A stretch of 55,258 nt of DNA from Nitrospirota bacterium (GTDB lineage Bacteria; Nitrospirota; Thermodesulfovibrionia; Thermodesulfovibrionales; JdFR-85). Shown piece after piece: positions 45,701 through 53,977 of the stretch. A program made the position numbers and the translations under genes. The notes beneath the pieces are model-generated. The model was not told where the DNA came from. It ran no database searches and saw only the letters and a list, made by a program, of their open reading frames with translations. Location of the stretch: the NCBI GenBank assembly GCA_003232715.1, contig QIJG01000050.1, positions 1 to 55,258 of the forward strand, written 5' to 3'. The number at the start of each line of letters is the position of its first letter. Position 1 is the stretch's first letter.

Positions 45701-45803
45701 CATCGATCCTTGCAAAGAAGGGATCCAGTTCCTTTGGAAACCTTTGCTTCCGGCTCTGCCCGTCCCTGATCAGGAATGTGCTCTTCTTTTTGTCGTGTCC
45801 CAT
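42753..45803 (-). CDS. Baseplate J-like protein (T4 gp6 / P2 gpJ / Afp11-like), 1016 aa
   Basis: Starts 3 nt after the gp25-like gene. The call rests on size and W-J-I synteny; I could not confirm a motif by eye. Confidence 0.7.
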   Translation of the reverse strand: MGHDKKKSTFLIRDGQSRKQRFPKELDPFFARIDDRTRKELLKFAGEYAKELKYFDSDTNRPDGNWRPFFEAVEGADITKLKGYGAHEPHIALYMAFLLLFRHAQKYMNGLTGRHLDFYYQDVLGFRKRGPLPDRTHVVLELKKKVSDQLIKAGTLLKAGKDSKGKELFYALTEDLLLTRSEIRGLRSVFVASGNVVHIAPVANSSDGLGGELESDEPKWRPFGHEGLPKADIGFAIASPLLALKGGIRTVTVHLSLSDLGETDPDSLKEVLFSVYLTAEKGWIGPKQVSLEQVPGTSGQFRFSFTLQKDEGAVAAYSTDMHGSNFETSSPLMQVLLDMEKSDEGYAYLREVQIKSIRLTVEDSGIEDITIENDLGSIAPGKSFMPFGPNPEKGSRFYIGHEEAFAKNLDGFSIEITWKVSSGDLSSCYTNYTTKVSNSYFKAKLTAPDGTTWNSVDLFDGTDAARPVVIPEKKKKVRVKPLEVIEYKPYTLLQQNNKWAMDELKMINLTSKVPVLPQAAGRVSVPSKKGYIVLQLLTDFLHKEYRKLYTTRIIKYTKGETETLTLPGEPYTPVIRSIRLSYSASTAEADLTSISEKDYLNKELEFFHVTAFGQMRVHRFLKKQLEFDVNENIYMLPQYREEGEFYVGLENVKPLQNLPLLLQAAEGSANPDKERPDITWSILSDNHWRELKESEILSDTTNGLLTSGIIKFFIPAEATSSNTILPGGCCWLRAAIEKETDAVTQLVDVRANAVLAEFRDRDNDPAHLGKPLKAGSIRKLAEPLAAIKPIEQPYASFGGQMAENRELFYSRVSERLRHKNRSVDIWDYERMTLENFPSIYKAKCINHSSRDSYNAPGHVTVVVVPDLRNRNAVDRLKPKAPKDTLSEIEDFLGRHAGAFVRIHVTNPSYEEIKLDFKVAFQRGCDFGYHKGALNEEIKRFLSPWAFDNGKDIAFGGRIHKSVILNFIEEISYVDYVTDFKMFHTVRGKAATDTETVTVSEPKVILVSYNEHSIEKA

Positions 45804-45805
45804 GG

Positions 45806-46228
45806 TCAGATATGACTTCCTTCATTCCGGTAGAATGGATAAACGAGATTGTACCTCGAGTTTGTTGTCCTGACGGTGTATTCGATAATGATGTCGATCC
45901 TTGCTTCTTCCTCATCCGCCTCAAGGGTGACGTCATTCAGTTCTATCCTTGGTTCAAAGATCAGTATTGCCTGTTCGATCAGGCCGGTGACATAGGTTTT
46001 GAGGGTGGCATTCAATGGTTCGAAGAGGAGATGGTCCAAATTGCATCCATATTTCGGCTGAAGGATACGCTCTCCCACTGAAGTCGACAAGAGAATCCTG
46101 AGGCTGTTCTCGATGTCCTCCTCGTCTGATGTCATCTCAACGCCTTTCCCTGGTTTTGAGAAAGTCGGGGGGAAGCTCCATCCCCTCCCGAGAAAAGACG
46201 TGTACAAAGAAGATCCGTCTGTGTCCAT
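45806..46228 (-). CDS. Baseplate wedge protein GPW/gp25-like (Afp9-like)
   Basis: FLGRGWSFPPTF...SDEEDIENSLRILLSTSVGERILQPKYGCNLDHLLFEPLN...EPRIELNDV is the classical gp25 pattern. Confidence 0.85.
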   Translation of the reverse strand: MDTDGSSLYTSFLGRGWSFPPTFSKPGKGVEMTSDEEDIENSLRILLSTSVGERILQPKYGCNLDHLLFEPLNATLKTYVTGLIEQAILIFEPRIELNDVTLEADEEEARIDIIIEYTVRTTNSRYNLVYPFYRNEGSHI

Positions 46229-46296
46229 GGTGCCTCCTTCACATCACTCGATTATTGGCTGTCAGTAAGACTGGTCAAATCAGAGGTCATCATAAT

Positions 46297-46575
46297 TCAG
46301 CCGATGATCACCGTCGGCTCTCCCACGGCTGCCGAGGCCCCGCATATGCATACGTCGCCTGTTCTTAAGGCCGGGTTCCCGCCTATAAACACAGTGGCGC
46401 TGCCTGCAGGAAAGGGGCTGGCCGTCGGCTGATGAGCGTTCGGCGGTAATGCGCATACGTGTATGTCTGCGGCAACGGCAGCCGGCATGCCTCCGATCAG
46501 GATGTTCGGCACCCCGGGACCTGCTATCGTTCCGCCGTGGTTTGTGACATCTCCTACCCGTGCAGCAGCCGGCAT
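46297..46575 (-). CDS. PAAR-domain spike tip protein (Afp10-like)
   Basis: 92 aa. MPAARVGD..., GGMPAAV, GGNPALRTGD: three PAAR-type repeats and no extension domain. Confidence 0.9.
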   Translation of the reverse strand: MPAAARVGDVTNHGGTIAGPGVPNILIGGMPAAVAADIHVCALPPNAHQPTASPFPAGSATVFIGGNPALRTGDVCICGASAAVGEPTVIIG

Positions 46576-46668
46576 CTCTCTGATCCTCCGTGGTTTCAGA
46601 TATTCAAATCTTCATGGCAACTCATCATCCATCTCTATTTCAACCCTCCGGCAATCCTGGCCGGTCAA

Positions 46669-48417
46669 TCAATTTATCTGTACTATAGCGCCTTTTACGA
46701 CAGCAGTGGCGCTTGTGCTCAGCTCAGCTCCGGAAGCCCCTTCGGCCTTTAACAGCGCCGAGGCCTTGACGGTACTGTTAGTCCCTTCAATGTCAATGTT
46801 TCCTCCAGCCTTTATGGCGATGTCGCCGTTGCTCACGACAGTGATGCCTTCGGGACCCATCTCAATCTTGTTGCTGTTCTCGTCTTCTATGACAACAGAC
46901 CCCGCGTTGTCGTCCATGGTGAGGGTCTTTCCCGCCGGGGTCTCGATTCTTATGCTCTCTTTTTCGTCATTGAATATCAGCTTTATGCCGCTTCGGGAGA
47001 CGAAACCCTTTTCGTTGTTTTCATCACTTGCGGTCAGGGGAGCCGGCTTGGCACTGCTGTTGAACATGCCGAGGATCACGGGATTCCTCGGGTCGTCGTT
47101 CAGGAACCCGAGCACCACCTCGTCTCCGATCTCGGGCCTGAAGAAAGAGCCCCTGTTGTCACCGGCGTCAAGGGTGGCAACGCGTGACCATAGGCCGTCG
47201 TCGTTGCTGTCGACCAGGGGGAGCTTTACCAGCACCCTGTCTTCACCGTCAGGGTCGTCCTGAAGCTGTGTTACGATACCCATCTGGAGCCCGTTTACAG
47301 CGGGTAAGAGGCCCGAGGCAGGCAGGGAGTTGACCCTGTTTCTTTCAATAAACCACTCCTGTGAAAGGCCGAGTTGTGCCTCTGTAGTCCATGAGCCGTC
47401 TCCTATCTCGTGACGAATGCCTGAAACAAAGGCCTTGCCGTTGAAGCGTTCTCCCAGACCTGCCAGGCCCAGAAAACTCCCGGGCTTGATGGCGGCATGG
47501 CCTGTAAACTTCACCCTTCCCTGTATCTTGGACATCCTGGAACGCAACAGGGCGGCACTGGTCCAGGCCTGCAATTCCTCCTCGGAGATCTGGCCTGCCT
47601 GCTGGAGTTTTCTCGAGTCGGCTCCGATCGCCTCTGCCAGTGTCCGGGAGTCCACGTTTCCCTGTTCGGTTACATCAGGCTCTTCTCCTTCTGTTGAGAT
47701 CACATCCTGGTTCGCCATGTCCCATGTGCGTCCCTCCACTTCCCGGACCTGGCTTCCGGCGTCCATTTCGGCATCAAGCTCTAAAATTGTTGCGCCGTAC
47801 AGTAGAGAGATGTCCGCCTCTTCAGAGAAGTCAGGCCTTTTTATTTCGACCTTTTTATCGTCCGCGTAGACCAGCATGCCGTTGACCTCAGCACGGCTCG
47901 TGATGAAATCCCAGTCAGTACAGTAGTACTGGACGAGTTCCTTGTGGTTGACGCCCGTTGTCTCGATCTCGCCGTCAATCTCGTAGTTGCCGACGATGGT
48001 GTCGAAGACATCACTGTCGGTGACATCATGGTAGCATGTATTCTTCGGTCCCAGGGACATCTTCACAGCCTTATGTTTGCACTCGATTGTCAACGTCGAT
48101 GCTTTGCCTTGCCGGATCCTGATCCCGTGCCTGACGATTATGCCGGAGAAAATCAGGGACTCATTGGAGTGATACCCGGCCATGATTTCGACCTTTCTGC
48201 CAGGGACAAACAAGTCGGTATTACTTGCCTTGAAGTCTTCGCCGGCAGGGTCCCCATCAAGGAGTATTATTCTGGCCCGGGTTATCTTGTTCACCATCTT
48301 CGTGACCACAATGGATATGATGTGGTACTGGCGCGGCAGCTCCTCGTCCTCGACCATTATGGTGAAGGTCGGTTTGTCAGTCGGGGCCGGAGTTGGAACG
48401 GCTCTTTCGTTAACCAT
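46669..48417 (-). CDS. VgrG / gpD-gp5-like spike protein (Afp8-like)
   Basis: gp27/gpD-like N-terminal region. OB-fold motif SFFRPEIGDEVVLGFLNDDPRNPVILGMFNS and a C-terminal beta-helix-like repeat (ITVVSNGDIAIKAGGNIDIEG). Confidence 0.85.
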   Translation of the reverse strand: MVNERAVPTPAPTDKPTFTIMVEDEELPRQYHIISIVVTKMVNKITRARIILLDGDPAGEDFKASNTDLFVPGRKVEIMAGYHSNESLIFSGIIVRHGIRIRQGKASTLTIECKHKAVKMSLGPKNTCYHDVTDSDVFDTIVGNYEIDGEIETTGVNHKELVQYYCTDWDFITSRAEVNGMLVYADDKKVEIKRPDFSEEADISLLYGATILELDAEMDAGSQVREVEGRTWDMANQDVISTEGEEPDVTEQGNVDSRTLAEAIGADSRKLQQAGQISEEELQAWTSAALLRSRMSKIQGRVKFTGHAAIKPGSFLGLAGLGERFNGKAFVSGIRHEIGDGSWTTEAQLGLSQEWFIERNRVNSLPASGLLPAVNGLQMGIVTQLQDDPDGEDRVLVKLPLVDSNDDGLWSRVATLDAGDNRGSFFRPEIGDEVVLGFLNDDPRNPVILGMFNSSAKPAPLTASDENNEKGFVSRSGIKLIFNDEKESIRIETPAGKTLTMDDNAGSVVIEDENSNKIEMGPEGITVVSNGDIAIKAGGNIDIEGTNSTVKASALLKAEGASGAELSTSATAVVKGAIVQIN

Positions 48418-49096
48418 TAGCTACCTTCTCTATCGGGGGAAAGAGGATCTTCTCCCCCGGGGTCAATCGCCTGAAGTCCTTCAGTCTGTTGAACCTTGCA
48501 ACCTCGAGGTAGTATGAGAAGTCCCCGTAGATCCTGTAAGTCATTAGCGGCAGGGTGTCTCCCTCCTTGACCGTCCTGACGTGGGTGAGGTCCGGAGACT
48601 TGTCGTTTGCCTTGGCGACCCTGGTCGAGTCGTCGATGTTCTCTTTGAAGGAGGCGTTCACGAGGGCTCTTAAAGGCCTGCCGTCGGACCTGAACAGCTT
48701 ATAAGTGATGTCGGCCTTCAGCAGGGTGCAGTTCGATTTCAAAGTTCCCCACAGCACCTGCAGGTATTTCGGCCTGTGTATGTCTCCGTCGTAACCGACA
48801 ACAGTGAAGAATTCCTTGATCTTGTCAACAACGTCGATCTTTTCACCGCTGACCCCGGTACCGTCGATCATGAATTTAAGACTGTATTCCTGGGGCTTGA
48901 TCTTCTTGAAGACCATGGGACTTCCGGTGGTACCGTCACCCTGCCTGTCGTTATATTCGATATCGTATACCTGTACGTATTCCTCAGGATTGAAGCTCAC
49001 CTTGAACTCCCCGACAGGGTTGTCGGAGTAATCAGCCTTCTTGTATGCCTTTATGACGAGCTTTTCTACCTCGCCGGTGGTGGGATTCTTTGCCAT
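48410..49096 (-). CDS. Tube-initiator/baseplate hub protein with C-terminal LysM (Afp7-like)
   Basis: Tube-like N-terminal domain (KLVIKAYKK...FKVSFNPEEY) and a C-terminal LysM-like HVRTVKEGDTLPLMTYRIYGDFSYYLEVARFNRL...PGEKILFPP. Confidence 0.8.
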   Translation of the reverse strand: MAKNPTTGEVEKLVIKAYKKADYSDNPVGEFKVSFNPEEYVQVYDIEYNDRQGDGTTGSPMVFKKIKPQEYSLKFMIDGTGVSGEKIDVVDKIKEFFTVVGYDGDIHRPKYLQVLWGTLKSNCTLLKADITYKLFRSDGRPLRALVNASFKENIDDSTRVAKANDKSPDLTHVRTVKEGDTLPLMTYRIYGDFSYYLEVARFNRLKDFRRLTPGEKILFPPIEKVANG

Positions 49097-49258
49097 CTAC
49101 CGTTCTTCCTTTTCCTTCAATATCTGCATTACCTGTTCAACACATTCCGACACTATATCCGCCGTGTCGGCTCCTTTTGAGCCGGGTTCTGCATTTTCAT
49201 CCTTACTTCCACTGTCAATGACGGCCCTGATTATGATCTCGTTTACCTGGACGGGCAT
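49097..49258 (-). CDS. Small conserved CIS protein (Afp6 position; DUF5908-like MPxxxxExxI(K/R)A N-terminus)
   Basis: MPVQVNEIIIRAVIDSGSKDENAEPG...VMQILKEKEER, 53 aa. The ATG at 49258 lies 2 nt after the tube gene stop. The upstream 40 codons of the 93-aa ORF overlap the tube gene and were discarded. Confidence 0.55.
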   Translation of the reverse strand: MPVQVNEIIIRAVIDSGSKDENAEPGSKGADTADIVSECVEQVMQILKEKEER

Positions 49259-49260
49259 GG

Positions 49261-49710
49261 TCAAGTCCTCTTGAAGTAGTTGTACGCAAGTTCTATGGTC
49301 TCCACCACGATGCTGCCTTCCTGCGCCTTGAAGTCGGATACCACCCACTTGACCGGCCAGGCCTTTACAAAGCTCCACCCCACAAGTGGCTCATGCTCTT
49401 CGTTCAAAAGGGTCACGAGCACGTCAGCGGGCTTGAACTCGAAGTTCTCGACGGCATCTCTGAACCACTCGATCAGCTTTGAGTTCTTCAACATACCCCG
49501 CTTGAGGACAAGGTTCCCATATTTTGACCTGGTGGGAAGGCGGTGTGAAAACCGGTTCTCAGCGCCTTCGTTGAGTTCTTCGATCCCGATCTCTGCCGTG
49601 AGGCCCGAGACCTCCTGGAACCTGGTATCCCCTTCGAGGATGCCGTCGAGGTTGAACTCCACCTTGAAGTGAAACCCTACGGGCGGGTAGTTAGTGCCCA
49701 CCTTGCTCAC
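49261..49710 (-). CDS. CIS inner tube protein, T4 gp19-like (second copy; Afp5-like)
   Basis: PPVGFHFKVEF...FQEVSGL...LKRG...WF... is the phage tail tube signature. 4-nt overlap with the upstream tube gene. Confidence 0.85.
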   Translation of the reverse strand: MSKVGTNYPPVGFHFKVEFNLDGILEGDTRFQEVSGLTAEIGIEELNEGAENRFSHRLPTRSKYGNLVLKRGMLKNSKLIEWFRDAVENFEFKPADVLVTLLNEEHEPLVGWSFVKAWPVKWVVSDFKAQEGSIVVETIELAYNYFKRT

Positions 49711-50147
49711 TCGTTCTCGATCGTCAGCCCTTCATGAGCTACTTCTATGGACTCGATGGCCACCTCGTTGCCGGTTGCCTTCAGGCCAGGGCCTTCTATC
49801 TTCACAGGAAAGGCATTGACGGCCTTCCATGTCATGACGGGCTCGTGTTTCTCGTTGAGCAGGCTTATCGTGAGGGTTCTCCTTTCCACCTTGTTGAGCG
49901 AGGTGGTGTTGAGCCATTTGAAGAAGTCGTTGTCCTTAGGTATGATGCCTTTTTTCATGGTTATGTTGCCGTGCTTGGGTATGCCGGGCATCTTGATGGC
50001 CCCGTATTCCTTGCTTGCGCCGTCGCGGTACTCGATGACCTGTGTCTCGATGTTCAGTCCCGAGACCTCGGCAAAGCCGATTTCCGTTCCCCTGGAGCCG
50101 CCCCAGTCCACCTGGAAATGAAACGCTGGTAAAGGGTATTCAGCCAT
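49707..50147 (-). CDS. CIS inner tube protein, T4 gp19-like (Afp1-like)
   Basis: MAEYPLPAFHFQVDWGGSRGTEIGFAEVSGLNIETQVIEYRDG...NITMKKGI...FFKWL. Confidence 0.9.
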   Translation of the reverse strand: MAEYPLPAFHFQVDWGGSRGTEIGFAEVSGLNIETQVIEYRDGASKEYGAIKMPGIPKHGNITMKKGIIPKDNDFFKWLNTTSLNKVERRTLTISLLNEKHEPVMTWKAVNAFPVKIEGPGLKATGNEVAIESIEVAHEGLTIENE

Positions 50148-50227
50148 GGTTCTCCTCCTTATATTGACTGTTGTTATTTCTGGGCAAGTCTTTTTTCAGC
50201 TTTCAAGAGAAGCCGTCCTTTTTGATA

Positions 50228-52174
50228 TCATCCTTCCTGCAACTTGTGGGAGAACTTGAGGATGATGAATTCAGCAGGTCTCACCACTGCCATGCCGATC
50301 TTCACGTTCATTCTTCCTTCAAGGATGTCCTGAGAGGTCATGGTGGTTCCAATCCCGACCTTGACATAGAAGGCATGGTCAGGCTTGGCCCCGGCAAGCG
50401 CCCCGTCTCTCCACTTCTGTGTCAGGTAGTTTTCTATCATGGATTTCACCTTGATCCACGTGTTGGCGTCATTAGGTTCGAATACGGCCCAGTAGGTCGA
50501 CTTCTTCACGGATTCCTCCACCATGTTGAAGAAGCGTCTTACAGGGATGTAGCGCCATTCATTGTCGTTGCCTGCCAGGGTGCGGGCGCCCCAGACGAGT
50601 ATGCCCTTGCCTGTGAAGGCACGGATGGCGTTTATTGATTTTCCGGCCGTGGTGTCTACATTCAGGTCCTTCTGCTCCTCGCTGTCGATAGTCTCGGTCA
50701 GGCCCGTTACCCCACTGAGACTCACGTTTGCCGGGGCCTTCCAGACGCCCCTGCTGCCATCCACCATTGCGTAGATTCCTGCTATGGCACCGCTTGGAGG
50801 AAGCTCTGAGAGGGAGTTACCCAGCTTCGTTACGAGGTTCTTGTAGACGACGTGGGAGTTGTAGAGGCTGTCTCCATAAGTCCCTTCGTAGTTGCCGGCT
50901 GAATCAACGATCTGAGTGAAGGCCGCGTTGACCTGGTCGAATATCAGGGAGATCTTCGGTTCAGCGTTTTTCAACTTCTCGGCATCGGTGCCACCTGTGT
51001 ATATCGAGCCGTCGGCGTCAGGGGGGCTGCTGAAGAGGTCGCCCCACTCGTCCGCCTCGATCGTGTAGTCGGAATTGGAATAGAGGTTGAAGGAACCGTC
51101 CCATTCCGATTCTGCTCCCCTGTCGTATGCTATAAGTGTCGAGAGGGAGTCTTTCAGGGAGTTGGTTATCAGGTCCTTTATGTTTGTCAATAGATCGTCA
51201 CCCTTGACGGGATCGTCCTTTGCCATTTTATCCACTTTGTCTGCAATCTCGTAGATCAAATCAAAGAGCCCCTTGAAATTGCCTGTGTCCGGGGAGCCCT
51301 TGAACTGGTCCAGCAGGACGGTGTATCCGGCCTTAAGAGTGCTTTCAGCACCCTTGAGAGCGTTTAAGTCGGTTTCAATCGTGTCTACATCGGCAATGGC
51401 GTTGTCCAGTTTCGTGATGATTTCCTTGACTTCGTCGTCATCGGTCAGGACATCGAGACTGATTACCTTTCCTCCCCTTGTGATCTTTCCCTTGATGTCC
51501 CTGTAGCGGATCTTTAACCCCAGGTTCGACTTCAGCCACGGGGTGTAGGCAGCCCCGTACTTCAGGTGGTTGATCCCGATCCTGTTCCTGAACTCCTCGA
51601 CCCCGTCTTTCCATCTGAAGGTTGCATCCGTGTCTTTGGATTCGAGAAGGTCAAGCACGGCAAAGCGGTCCATCAGTTTGGCGCACTGGGCGATGGCCTG
51701 CTGCTGAAGGTCATACAGGTCGTCTCCAAGCCTGACCGCATCAGGAAAGAGTATGATCGTCGGTTCGTCCTTTCTCTTCAGCTCTTCGAGGCCCTTTTCA
51801 AATTCGGACTTGGAAGGTGTATCACTATAGGAACCTATGGATATGATGTAGCACTTTCCTCCTCCATTCTTGAAAAACAGCCTCAGGCTGTCATACATGT
51901 AAAAATTCGAGCTGACATTGTGTGAACTCAGTACGTTGTTTTCATCGATTACGACCTTGTTTACATTAACGGGCGGAGCCCCCCCGAACAGTGTCTCGTA
52001 CTCCAACAGTGATGTTATTTTTGTCGGTACATGCCTCAGATCGTCAGGTCCTAACTCTTCGGCCCTTTCCGTATAGCCTATAAAAGCGGGAACAGCCGTC
52101 TCCACCTCAGCCACGGAGGGCGGAAAGAGGGAGATTTCCTCTACGTAAACATCCGGTGTTTTGTAAGTAGCCAT
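50228..52174 (-). CDS. Contractile sheath protein (648 aa, with large internal insertion)
   Basis: N-terminus MATYKTPDVYVEEISLFPPSVAEVETAVPAFIGYTE. C-terminal sheath domain INAIRAFTGKGILVWGARTL...RYIPVRRFFNMVEESV. Strong SD GAAGGAGG. Confidence 0.9.
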   Translation of the reverse strand: MATYKTPDVYVEEISLFPPSVAEVETAVPAFIGYTERAEELGPDDLRHVPTKITSLLEYETLFGGAPPVNVNKVVIDENNVLSSHNVSSNFYMYDSLRLFFKNGGGKCYIISIGSYSDTPSKSEFEKGLEELKRKDEPTIILFPDAVRLGDDLYDLQQQAIAQCAKLMDRFAVLDLLESKDTDATFRWKDGVEEFRNRIGINHLKYGAAYTPWLKSNLGLKIRYRDIKGKITRGGKVISLDVLTDDDEVKEIITKLDNAIADVDTIETDLNALKGAESTLKAGYTVLLDQFKGSPDTGNFKGLFDLIYEIADKVDKMAKDDPVKGDDLLTNIKDLITNSLKDSLSTLIAYDRGAESEWDGSFNLYSNSDYTIEADEWGDLFSSPPDADGSIYTGGTDAEKLKNAEPKISLIFDQVNAAFTQIVDSAGNYEGTYGDSLYNSHVVYKNLVTKLGNSLSELPPSGAIAGIYAMVDGSRGVWKAPANVSLSGVTGLTETIDSEEQKDLNVDTTAGKSINAIRAFTGKGILVWGARTLAGNDNEWRYIPVRRFFNMVEESVKKSTYWAVFEPNDANTWIKVKSMIENYLTQKWRDGALAGAKPDHAFYVKVGIGTTMTSQDILEGRMNVKIGMAVVRPAEFIILKFSHKLQEG

Positions 52175-52202
52175 AGTTCCTCCTTCATTCTACTTTTAAG
52201 GT

Positions 52203-53297
52203 TTAAATGTAAACAAATATCTCCGAGTAGACCTTGTTAGTTGAACCGTCCGGCTTGAGAGCTGCAACCGATGGGTTCGGCAGGTTATCGATCTCGAATA
52301 TCCCGCTGCCGCCGCTTCCGTTGGCCTTTTTCAGCTGCACCCCCTTGACAGGGCTTTGCCGAAATGGGATGGGTCTGTTGGAGACAAAGGGGACGGCTTT
52401 CGTTCCATCCGATATCTGCTGCCGGGACTGTTTTTCGAATACCACGGGTGACCCACTGATGTCAGGTGATGTGATGGAGAGGTCGCCGGAAGATGTATCG
52501 GTACGGTATTTCATAACCACGTAATATCTCCAGTACGTCTCTCTTCTGTCGATCCTGAGGGTGTAAGTCTTGGGAAGAGGCTTGTTATCGTCATCGATAA
52601 GCCTGTAAGCATCCGGCGCGTTGTCGGTGAAAAAGACGTCGATGACGGCGAATATGCTTTTGCTCATCAACTCGTTACTTGCGTAGAACTCGAGTTCCCT
52701 GGTGCCCTCAACCTTCAGGATGAACTTTCCCGGCGGACCATCTCTCAAGTTGACCGGGCAGCTGAGAATGCCTTCCGTTGTTTCTACAACCTTCTTCAGG
52801 ACCGTCTTGCCTGTGTCGTTTACTACCTCGATTTCTGCCTGTGAGGTGTTCACCTTGGAGGTGTACTGGAAAGACTGGGGCTTAAGTTCGATCCGGTCAT
52901 GCTGAGTCAGGTGGTCCGAGGTCTTTTCGGAAGTGAGGAGAAACTTTCCTCCCTGGGGATTGTCGTTCAGGTTGTGGAGGTGATAGACCTGGTTGTTTCC
53001 TCCGTCCAGCGGTAAGTTGGAGAAGTTTGTCAGGTAGGGGTTCGCGGAGGCGATGGCAAAACTGAGCTGTAGGGCCTTTTCGAGGGGCCTGAGAGGTTGG
53101 GGGCTGCCGTTATCATTTCTGGTCAGCCCGTAGAGAACGGCGAATCCCTTGGGGGTCGTTCTGAAGAGCAGCCCGTGGTCGAGCAAGTCCTGCCGACATG
53201 TTCCGGAGGGGGTTATGGTGAAGTCTTCAGCGATCCCGGAATCGTAGTAATTGTGCAGGATTTCAACATCGAACAATGTATTATATTCAAGTTCCAT
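52203..53297 (-). CDS. Hypothetical 364-aa CIS protein between cap and sheath genes
   Basis: Tightly packed, 3 nt after the cap gene stop and 28 nt before the sheath gene. No recognisable motif; appears beta-rich by composition. Confidence 0.45.
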   Translation of the reverse strand: MELEYNTLFDVEILHNYYDSGIAEDFTITPSGTCRQDLLDHGLLFRTTPKGFAVLYGLTRNDNGSPQPLRPLEKALQLSFAIASANPYLTNFSNLPLDGGNNQVYHLHNLNDNPQGGKFLLTSEKTSDHLTQHDRIELKPQSFQYTSKVNTSQAEIEVVNDTGKTVLKKVVETTEGILSCPVNLRDGPPGKFILKVEGTRELEFYASNELMSKSIFAVIDVFFTDNAPDAYRLIDDDNKPLPKTYTLRIDRRETYWRYYVVMKYRTDTSSGDLSITSPDISGSPVVFEKQSRQQISDGTKAVPFVSNRPIPFRQSPVKGVQLKKANGSGGSGIFEIDNLPNPSVAALKPDGSTNKVYSEIFVYI

Positions 53298-53300
53298 GGA

Positions 53301-53879
53301 TCAGCTCCTCCTGTCCGAGAGATTCATAATCCTGACAGGGGGCTGTTCGTCCGTTATAAGTGTCTCCTGGATTGTCAGCATCCGAATCTTGTACATGACC
53401 GAAGGGAGGTACTTTGCCCCCAGTGCTCCCCATATATGGTTCTGTTGTTCAAAACTTAGAGTGAAGAGCTCGGCGATCAGTTTTTCAATAGACTGATCAA
53501 GACCCGGTGTGTTCTGGGGGTTGAATACGTTTTTGCCCTGGAAAAAGCGTATCGCCCCTGACAAGAATCCGAGGCCAGTACTGTATTTGTTGAAATTGGC
53601 GGTAATCAGGACGTAAAGGTTGAGCTTTATGGCCGGGTTCAGGTGTGAGACCTGTCCTTCTGATGTGAGGGTGGTGGCTTGCCGGGATTTCACCATCCTT
53701 TCTTCCTCAACGTTGACTAAAGTCAGCCCCAGGGAGTTGTCAGGGACGGCGATGTCACCGTTGAACTTGACTATCGGCGTTATATGGACTACGGTCTCAC
53801 TCGTTACGTTCAGCTCGGGCAGTCGAACAAGGTAGTCGTGGATCTCTTTCTTTAAGACCTCTAAAGCCTTGTCAATCAT
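53301..53879 (-). CDS. DUF4255/Pvc16_N-like tube-sheath terminator (cap) protein
   Basis: 192 aa and the first gene of the operon. LGLTLVNVEEERMVKSRQ... and ...LNLYVLITANF patterns match my recollection of DUF4255. The cap-first order is typical of one eCIS lineage. Confidence 0.7.
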   Translation of the reverse strand: MIDKALEVLKKEIHDYLVRLPELNVTSETVVHITPIVKFNGDIAVPDNSLGLTLVNVEEERMVKSRQATTLTSEGQVSHLNPAIKLNLYVLITANFNKYSTGLGFLSGAIRFFQGKNVFNPQNTPGLDQSIEKLIAELFTLSFEQQNHIWGALGAKYLPSVMYKIRMLTIQETLITDEQPPVRIMNLSDRRS

Positions 53880-53977
53880 CTCTGTCCTTAGTTTTTAAGT
53901 TTTTTTAATCGGGTTAAGTGTTTTCTTATCCAGTTAAGTCATTTCATTGCGTAAATGAGTTTAGCATATTTAACCTG

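Noticed and set aside
49259-49378. N-terminal 40 codons of the 93-aa ORF 49097-49378
   Set aside because: They overlap the tube gene out of frame and are Gly/Arg-rich. The internal ATG at 49258 gives a conserved-looking MPVQVNEIIIRA start right after the tube stop.
30271-53879. Interpretation of the sheath/tube/VgrG/PAAR cluster as a T6SS or as a defective prophage tail
   Set aside because: There is no TssB/TssC pair, TssJLM, TssK or ClpV, and no capsid, portal, terminase, integrase or lysis cassette. A tape measure, an Afp15-like AAA+ ATPase and a DUF4255 cap fit the eCIS superfamily.
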